The position numbers and the translations under genes are program-made. The notes under the pieces were generated by a model. It did no database searches. It saw nothing but the letters and a program-made list of their open reading frames with translations, and was not told the origin of the DNA. Positions 56,614 through 64,000 of a DNA stretch of 64,000 bases are shown here, in pieces (position 1 is the stretch's first letter; each line of letters opens with the position of its first letter). Source of the DNA: Chrysomallon squamiferum (Eukaryota > Animalia > Mollusca); contig CM022666.1 of NCBI GenBank assembly GCA_012295275.1, positions 13,082,001-13,146,000 on the forward strand. Reading direction: 5' to 3'.

Positions 56614-57189
56614 GTTTGTTCTTGTTTTACAATGGTTGAAATGAGGGAGTCTTGCTAAACACAACAAAACATACATAGATTTTTTAATTACTCAGTTTTG
56701 TCATGCTTGCATCTGTTTGTATCAAGATTCAAGATAAAAAGGATAAAAAAAAAAAGAAGAGGTAAAAATGAAAAATAAAGAAACAAATTACTCATAAAAT
56801 AGTTGGATCGTGTCTTATTAACTAATGAATTGTTTGTTTGTTTGTGTAATTAGTTATTTTTAAAATTTATTGGCTGTACTCTTCCATCTACCCTCCTCAT
56901 TTGTATTTAAAATTCATTAAATAAATTTCTTCAGTCTTATTATTATTATTTTTTATTATTATTATTACAAGTTAAATACCAACTTTTTAGAATACATATT
57001 TATTTTAATTAGTATATGTATTTGTTACGCCAGTTCAAAATTTAAAATTAATTATTTAAATAAATTTTTATAACTCTTTTATAATGCCATCTGTGGAAAA
57101 TAAATAAATAAAGTAGTTTTATTTTGATTTATTTATATATTTATTTGTTTTACTTACTTACTAATTAATTAATTAATTGATTGATTTAG

Positions 57190-57369
57190 ACTATAGATGC
57201 AGAGATTGTGAACTCAGAAAATGGGCTGGATCACGTTCACGATGCCAGCGAGTTTGAAACGATGTTCATTCTCAGCACGTTCGAGGGTGACGTTTACTAC
57301 AAACTGCACCGGGCGGAGGCTAGAATACTTGGCCCCCCTGCAGTTATTTCATCAGTCAGAAACAATGAG
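57190..57369 (+). CDS. ECT2: ECT2 exon 3 (BRCT0)
   Basis: tttag|ACT...GAG|gtgagg, 180 nt. TIDAEIV...EFETMFILSTFEGDVYYKLHRAEARILGPPAVISSVRNNE (cf. ECT2 EFENVFVVTDF...RVIGPPVV). Confidence 0.92.
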
Positions 57370-57834
57370 GTGAGGAAGAGTTAATGTCGTGGAAACGTTG
57401 TAGTACGTTTGTCTCTCAGTCTGGTGGAAATATCTGTGTTAATAAAACAATCTTATTGTCTGTCAGAAACATAACAAAAAAAATGAAAATTGTAGTGCCA
57501 TATTATAGTCACCAGTGAAAAATTATTAAATAAAAAATGAAATGCTTCATTTTCATTGATGTTTTTAAAGTTTTATTCAGTCAGGTTTCAATCTTTTATT
57601 TTTAAATATAAAATAATAAGTTTTTTTCATTTATAATTTTTTTAATTTTAATTGTATTATTAATTCTATATTTCTGTAAAAAAAAAATTTGTATCAAATA
57701 ATAAATAATGTGTATTTTTTATATTGTTCTCTTTTTCCTTTACAATCATATCACCTTTTATAATATTTATATAAATTAATTTTTGATATTAATGTTTGTT
57801 TGACTAAGAAATGAGCTTTGTTTTGAAATAAAAA

Positions 57835-58540
57835 ATAATTTGTAATATTTCTTTATATTAAAGTCAGTAATTTGTAATATTTCTTGATATTGTAGTCAGT
57901 AATTTGTAATCTTTCTTGGTATTGCATTCAGTAATTTGTAATCTTTCCTGATATTCCAGTCAGTAATTTGTAATATTTCTTGATATTATAGTCAGTAATT
58001 TGTAATATTTCCTGATATATTACAATCAGTAATTTGTGATGTTTCTTGATATTACAGTCAGTTATTTGTGATATTTCTTGATATTACAGTCAGTAATTTG
58101 TGATATTTCTTGATATTACAGTCAGTTATTTGTGATATTTCTTGATATTACAGTCAGTAATTTGTGATATTTCTTGATATTCCAGTCAGTAATTTGTGAT
58201 ATTTCTTGATATTACAGACAGTTATTTGTGATGTTTCTTGATATTACAGTCAGTAATTTGTGATATTTCTTGATATTCCAGTCAGTAATTTGTGATATTT
58301 CTTGATATTCCAGTCAGTAATTTGTGATATTTCTTGATATTACAGACAGTTATTTGTGATATTTCTTGATATTACAGTCAGTAATTTGTGATATTTCTTG
58401 ATATTCCAGTCAGTAATTTGTGATATTTCTTGATATTCCAGTCAGTAATTTGTGATATTTCTTGATATTACAGTCAGTAATTTGTGATATTTCTTGATAT
58501 TACAGTCAGTAATTTGTGATATTTCTTGATATTCCAGTCA
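57835..58540 (+). repeat. 32-bp tandem array (~22 copies) ending at the ECT2 exon-4 acceptor
   Basis: GTAATTTGTGATATTTCTTGATATT(A/C)CAGTCA repeated; the last copy reads into the exon as ...TTCCAG|TCA CTT CCG. Confidence 0.97.
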
Positions 58541-58627
58541 CTTCCGTTCACAACACGACCACTGTTCTGTACTTTAATGAAAGGTCTGATTCTTTGCTTC
58601 ACGGGCTTCAAAGTACGGGATAAGTTG
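58538..58627 (+). CDS. ECT2: ECT2 exon 4 (BRCT1 start)
   Basis: ttccag|TCA...TTG|gtgagt, 90 nt. SLPFTTRPLFCTLMKGLILCFTGFKVRDKL (cf. ECT2 PLPFSCRPLYCTSMMNLVLCFTGF). Confidence 0.95.
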
Positions 58628-59124
58628 GTGAGTACCATTAAACATTGCACCATTAATTATTATTATTGTTATTATCATCATTACTGTTATTATCATCATC
58701 ATTGTTTTGTTTTGTTTATATAACTAAGAATGAAAATATTGGTTAAAATTTTTTAAATTAGATGACCATAAAAGATTATTATTATTACTATCACCATCAT
58801 TATTATTATTGTTATTGTTATTAATGTTGTTATTATTATTAATATTTTTTCTAATTAAAATTACTTACAGATTTAATATTCTATATTTCATATATATATA
58901 TTTCAGTATCACTTCATTATAATGATTTAAATTTCACTATTTTTCTAGTTAAATTTCTTTTTAAATTTCTGAATCCATGTCATTAATATTGATTTTAAAT
59001 TTCACGGTTTTTCTAGATAAATTTTCTTCTACATTTTCCGATCGTGTATTTCAGTATCACGTCATTCACTGCACTATGGTGGTTTCAGTTTTTGTTAAAT
59101 GTGAATTTTGGTGATTTATTTTAG

Positions 59125-59232
59125 TGTCATCTTGTTGATCTGGTGCATCACATGGGAGGCAGCGTGAGAAAAGACATCAACTCTAAAGTGACTCACCTTG
59201 TAGCAAACTCATCAGGAAGTCAGAAATACAAG
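59125..59232 (+). CDS. ECT2: ECT2 exon 5 (BRCT1)
   Basis: ttttag|TGT...AAG|gtacat, 108 nt. CHLVDLVHHMGGSVRKDINSKVTHLVANSSGSQKYK (cf. LVHHMGGVIRKDFNSKVTHLVAN). Confidence 0.96.
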
Positions 59233-61410
59233 GTACATTTGTTTTTATTTTATTTTATTTTTTTACGTTTTTCGTTGAATATTACAAAGCATATATACAA
59301 TAATTTCAATTTTAAGATGTGAAAATATTGGGTTAGTGCAAAAATTTAGACTATTTGATCATCCTGAAAGATGGCAAGTTTTGCGAGGACTGAATAATGA
59401 AGCAGAGTCCAGTATGGTGAAAGGTATTGGAAGAAAATGGCATATGTCTGGTTGTAGAAGTGTGTGTACAAATATCTAAATATTTTCTGTGAACTTCATT
59501 TAAAAAACATTATGGATTTTTTTTTTTAACCAAAACATGGAGAAATTTCATTTCTAAGATGATTTGTGATAAAAAATATTTTTTTTTTTTTTTGGAAACA
59601 GTTGTATTTGATTTAAATATATGCCATGTATATATGCCATGTATATATATATATATTTTTTTTTAATAAATCACATATTAAATCAGCTAAAAATAATAAT
59701 ATAATTAAACTGAAAAAAATATATATATAATTTAATTATTAAAAAAATATAATGTATAATAAATTAATAAAAAACACAATGTATATTAAATTAGTAACTG
59801 CAGTAAAAGGTTCAGAGTATATATTAGTTTTGTATAATGTTACAATGTATAATCAGTATTGTTAATAAAAATAAAAGATAAATACAGTATAAGTAAATGC
59901 AGTATATATTAAAAATATACAATGTCTGTGGAGGTTTAAATAAAAAAATGTTTTAGTTGTAAAGAAATACACTGTACTTGATTTGTAAAAAATAAAAATA
60001 AAAATACAAATTTATGAAAATTATAATATGTACAGGTTTTGATCAGAAATACTATGTAATAGTTTATTTAGAAGGAAGTGAAATAAATTTGGATTTACTG
60101 AAAAAAAAAAAAAAAAAATACAAACCCTCCCCTAAAAAAACATACACTATTTTTACAAGTTTATATTTGATTTTCTAACTACAGAAATACACCATAGATT
60201 GGATTAGAAAATTTCTAAAATTGATTAACCAGTACCGAAATAGCAACACATTATATTTAGCTTCTCTAGACATATTGATTTTTTGTACAAAACTAGCGAG
60301 ATATATTGGCAATCGCAGCTCCAGGAATAGCCGAGAAATACAATTATATCTGATTTAGTATCGAAATAGCTTCGACTTGTGACCGTTTTAGAAATATTGA
60401 TTCCGAATGTCTAAAAATATTCCCAACCTGTCTTAACCAGAAACAGTAAACTGTGAGTCTTGTTTCTAGTGAGGCTGGACTTTTGTTAGCAGGAAGAGAT
60501 AAACAGGATTATTATTTGTTATGATGTTCCTCTGTGTAACCGGTTTGTACATAGAAAAGAAAAGAAGTTAATAAGGCAGATGTTGAATTAACATACAGAT
60601 TGATTTTTTTTGTTTTCGATAAATCGATTGTGATAAACAGTGTTTGTTGTTGTTCTTATAGCTGTATGTTTAGAATATTGATTATTTTTATTGTTATTTG
60701 TTTTTGATTAATATAGAAGTTTGTGTTATTTTGTTATATAGAAATTGGTTGTTTTTATTATTTCTGTTTGATTACGTTTTTCTGATTTGTTTTCTTGTTT
60801 TTTCTTCTCAGTGATTGAAATCTATTTTTTTTAAATGTGTAATTCTTTTTGTTTCTTTTAATTATTTACATTTTTATTTTTAACTCTCTTTTTGTTTCTT
60901 TTAATTATTTTTTTAACATTTCGTTTGCTTTCTAACTTTTTTCTCTTCAGTTTTTTCTTTCTTTTCTCTTTTAACATCTTTTTTGTTTTCAACTTTATTT
61001 TTTTTTTCTGTAAAAGTTTTTTTTTCCATTTTTATTTTTGACTTTACATCTTACTTTTAAACTTACTGTTTAATGCTGTTTTTATGTGCAGTATTTGAGA
61101 TGTTATTTTCATTGCCTTGCAGTTTCCAGTTGCTTCTTTTTTTTTTTTTTTTTTTTTTTTTTGGCTTTCTAAATAAATTTATTTATTTTTAGCATTTGGT
61201 TTCCTTTCTTTCTCTTTAATTTTTTTCCCTGTCTTTTCAGTTTTTGTTTTTCCTTCTTTTAAACATTTTTTCTTTTTCTATTTAATTAATTTTTTTTTTT
61301 TTTTTCCTTTTTTCTTTTTAACTTCAATTTTTCCTTTTATAGTTTTAAACTCACTTTTTAATGCAGTTTTTGTGTGCAGTTTTTGAGAAGTTATTTCCAT
61401 TGTCTTGTAG

Positions 61411-61512
61411 TTTGCAGTCAGTATGGGCACACCCATTATGAGTGAGGACTGGATCTACAGACTGTGGGCAGATAGAGACAACCTTGACCTTAAAGCAGAC
61501 TGTGAGAAAATG
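61411..61512 (+). CDS. ECT2: ECT2 exon 6 (BRCT1 end)
   Basis: ttgtag|TTT...ATG|gtcagt, 102 nt. FAVSMGTPIMSEDWIYRLWADRDNLDLKADCEKM (cf. AVSLGTPIMKPEWIYKAWERR). Confidence 0.95.
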
Positions 61513-63475
61513 GTCAGTATGTCCGTATTTCTGTGTGTGTCTGTGTTTTCATCTGTTGTGTATTTTTGTGTGCTTGTGTTGCTGAATACTGTGTGAAATG
61601 ATGTGCATATGTGTGCGTGTCTGTCTGTCTGTCTATAGGTATATGTATGTGAATGGGTGTGTTTGGGTGTGGTATATATGTGAGTGTGTGCACATGCATT
61701 TATGTGTGTTTAAATACATCTGTGCATATTTTAATGCAGTTTATATCATACAGTGTTATGAAGGGAAATATGACAGAGATTATTAACAAATTTGTGAGTC
61801 ACTGTAATTGTTGTTTACAGAAATGTTTTGAAAGATAACAGGTCTCTCACAACAGTATATTAATATCTTGGAAGTAAAAAGAATTTTATTGAACCATTTA
61901 TTTATACTTCCACCAGATCATTTCAAATAGCCTTACATTTATCAGTCACTGTTGTTTCATCAGTTTTATCATTTCCTTTCTGGACATAAGTTTCTGAAAA
62001 TAGGATACAGTTTTGGTTTTTATTTATTTATTTATTTTTTTATTTATTTACTTATTTACTTACTGATTTTTATTTTATTTTATTTTATTATTATTTAATT
62101 TTATTTTTTTATTTTATTTATTTATTTATTTTATTTTTTTATTATTTTTTTATTTATTTATTTTATTTCTCTGTGTGTATGTGTGTGTGTGATTTAATTA
62201 TTTATGTTAACAGAAATTAAAACAAATGATTAAGAGACAATGTTTGACTCATTAATTGACTAACGCAGGTCTGTGTGTGTTTCCTGTTGTATTAGTCAGC
62301 ATCTTGTATACCGGTGAAATACTCAGTATTACTCAGTGATTTAATAACACTGTTATTTCACATTCAAATACATCAAACATCTCGCAACAGTTTTGGAAAT
62401 AATTTAAAAGTTTGGCTTGGAAAGGTGTGTGGTTTTCTGAGGTTTTTATATTTAGATACTTGATAAACTGTGGGACTGCAGAATTCCAGATTACCAAGGG
62501 CCTGCTTTTGACAGGTTTTGCTCTATACTCTTGTATGAAGTAAAGAAATCAGTAAAATAAATTAAATAAATAAACTGTGAATGCTGTTTCACTATGATGT
62601 CATTCGGTATTAGCTTTTTCTTTTTTGTTATTTAATTTGAATAATAATAATAGAACTAATGAAATGGCTTTAATAATTTTCAATATTTTTTATAATTTTA
62701 AAATAAATGATAGAATCTTTATTATTGCAGTAAATATGAGTAAACATTTAGAATATGATATCTAATTAAGGTTCAATACAGTAATACATTTTCAATATTA
62801 TGAATTAATATTAACTTATATTGTATCTTTGTTATTGAAGTAAATCTGAATAAACATTTATAATTTAAAAGTATCATGAAATAATTTTAGCTCACTGTAT
62901 TGTATCTTTATTTATAGCAGTAAATTTAAAATATACTTTGTAACTAAGACTTCTTTATGACAGTTCAATATTCTGACCGTTCTCACAGAATTGGTTCGGA
63001 CTAACAAACGTCTGCTTCAAATCGTCTTTGCTATTTTTATCTATTATTTCCTGTTTTCATTCACAGAAATCCTAATTCTCACCCTTTCACTTAAAGATCT
63101 CCCATCAGTTACATCCTCAGACATAAACACACATTGTGGCTGCTGTTGTTTTAATTGACTGTAAGCTATATATAAATAATTAGATGACACTGTTTGTCTG
63201 CGTCAGTCATTACGTGTGTCAGTGTGTGTGTAAGTGTGTATGTAAGGAAATGAAAGGATGAGGTGTGTTATGAAATTCAAGAAGAGTTTGTACATCCTGT
63301 AATTAGTAAGTAGGGTCTTCATTGTTCTGTTTTGGTTTGGTTTGTTTTGTGGTTTTTTTAAATGTATTTTTTGGGGAGAATGTTTTAAGTTATGTGAAGC
63401 TGTGTTAATTTGTTATTTTTATTTTGTTATTTTCAGTTAATATTTAGTTTATATTAATGGATTTTTATTATTCTA

Positions 63476-63524
<49 letters not shown>

Positions 63525-63759
63525 TATTATTATTTTTATTACCATTACAACTATTTTTATTATTACTATTTTTATTGTTGTCATTGTTGTTATTATTGTT
63601 GCTGACATCATCATCATCATCATCATCATCATCATTACCATCACTACAAGTACAGATACTACTGCTATCACTACCACCACAATCACTACTACAACTACTA
63701 CTACTAATGTTGTTGTTGTTGTTGTTATTTTTGTTATTTTTGTTATTGTTATTTTACAG

Positions 63760-63859
63760 ATGTCATACAGACTTCGCCCTTTCTTTGAATGTAATATCAG
63801 TTTTCTGGGATTCTCTAAAGAAGAACAAAAACACATGGAGGAACTCACAATAGAAAACG
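63760..63859 (+). CDS. ECT2: ECT2 exon 7 (BRCT2 start); gene continues past window
   Basis: tttacag|ATG...G|gtgaga, 100 nt. MSYRLRPFFECNISFLGFSKEEQKHMEELTIENG (cf. FKVPPFQDCILSFLGFSDEEKTNMEEMT). Confidence 0.95.
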
Positions 63860-63943
63860 GTGAGATTTAAGTCAGATGAAACAAATTCATTGTTAGTAAA
63901 GTTTAGGATGTCGCGCCATACAGGATATCATTTTTAATCATTT

Positions 63944-63974
<31 letters not shown>

Positions 63975-64000
63975 TTTGCTTCTGTACCCCCAGATTATAG

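Noticed and set aside
56185-56658. 157-aa ORF as a single coding exon (likewise 63457-63870)
   Set aside because: Only 56540-56613 and 63760-63859 are ECT2 exons; the rest is intronic triplet repeat that happens to be open.
57835-58540. 32-bp array as a CRISPR array
   Set aside because: Units are contiguous with no unique spacers, there are no cas genes, and the context is a eukaryotic intron.

Overview
AT-rich, microsatellite-dense eukaryotic DNA, most likely from an invertebrate (it looks molluscan/gastropod, but this is inference). Two spliced genes sit head-to-head. LIPT2 (mitochondrial octanoyltransferase, LipB family) is on the minus strand, with 2 coding exons, 263 aa, and a probable non-coding first exon near 42.5-42.8 kb. 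The 5' part of ECT2/pebble (RhoGEF) is on the plus strand, with 7 exons encoding the N-terminal BRCT region from 45944 to beyond the window end. In the first ~30 kb I recognise no host protein-coding gene. That region is CpG-retaining, rich in E-box/CRE motifs, and holds minisatellites, hairpins and a decayed MULE transposon. Other mobile elements are a decayed Tc1 transposase, pogo/Tigger-type MITEs, a MER53-like hAT MITE, a Sola-like element, and SINE and LINE fragments. Almost all ORFs in the supplied track are microsatellite artefacts. The most unusual observations are (1) a ~22-copy 32-bp array whose unit is the ECT2 exon-4 splice acceptor, with duplicated acceptors in two more ECT2 introns; (2) a MITE closely resembling mammalian Tigger4/MER46; and (3) an E-box-enriched non-coding domain of ~25 kb. 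I cannot demonstrate a new biological system from sequence alone; these are testable leads. Family assignments come from recalled motifs, not database searches.
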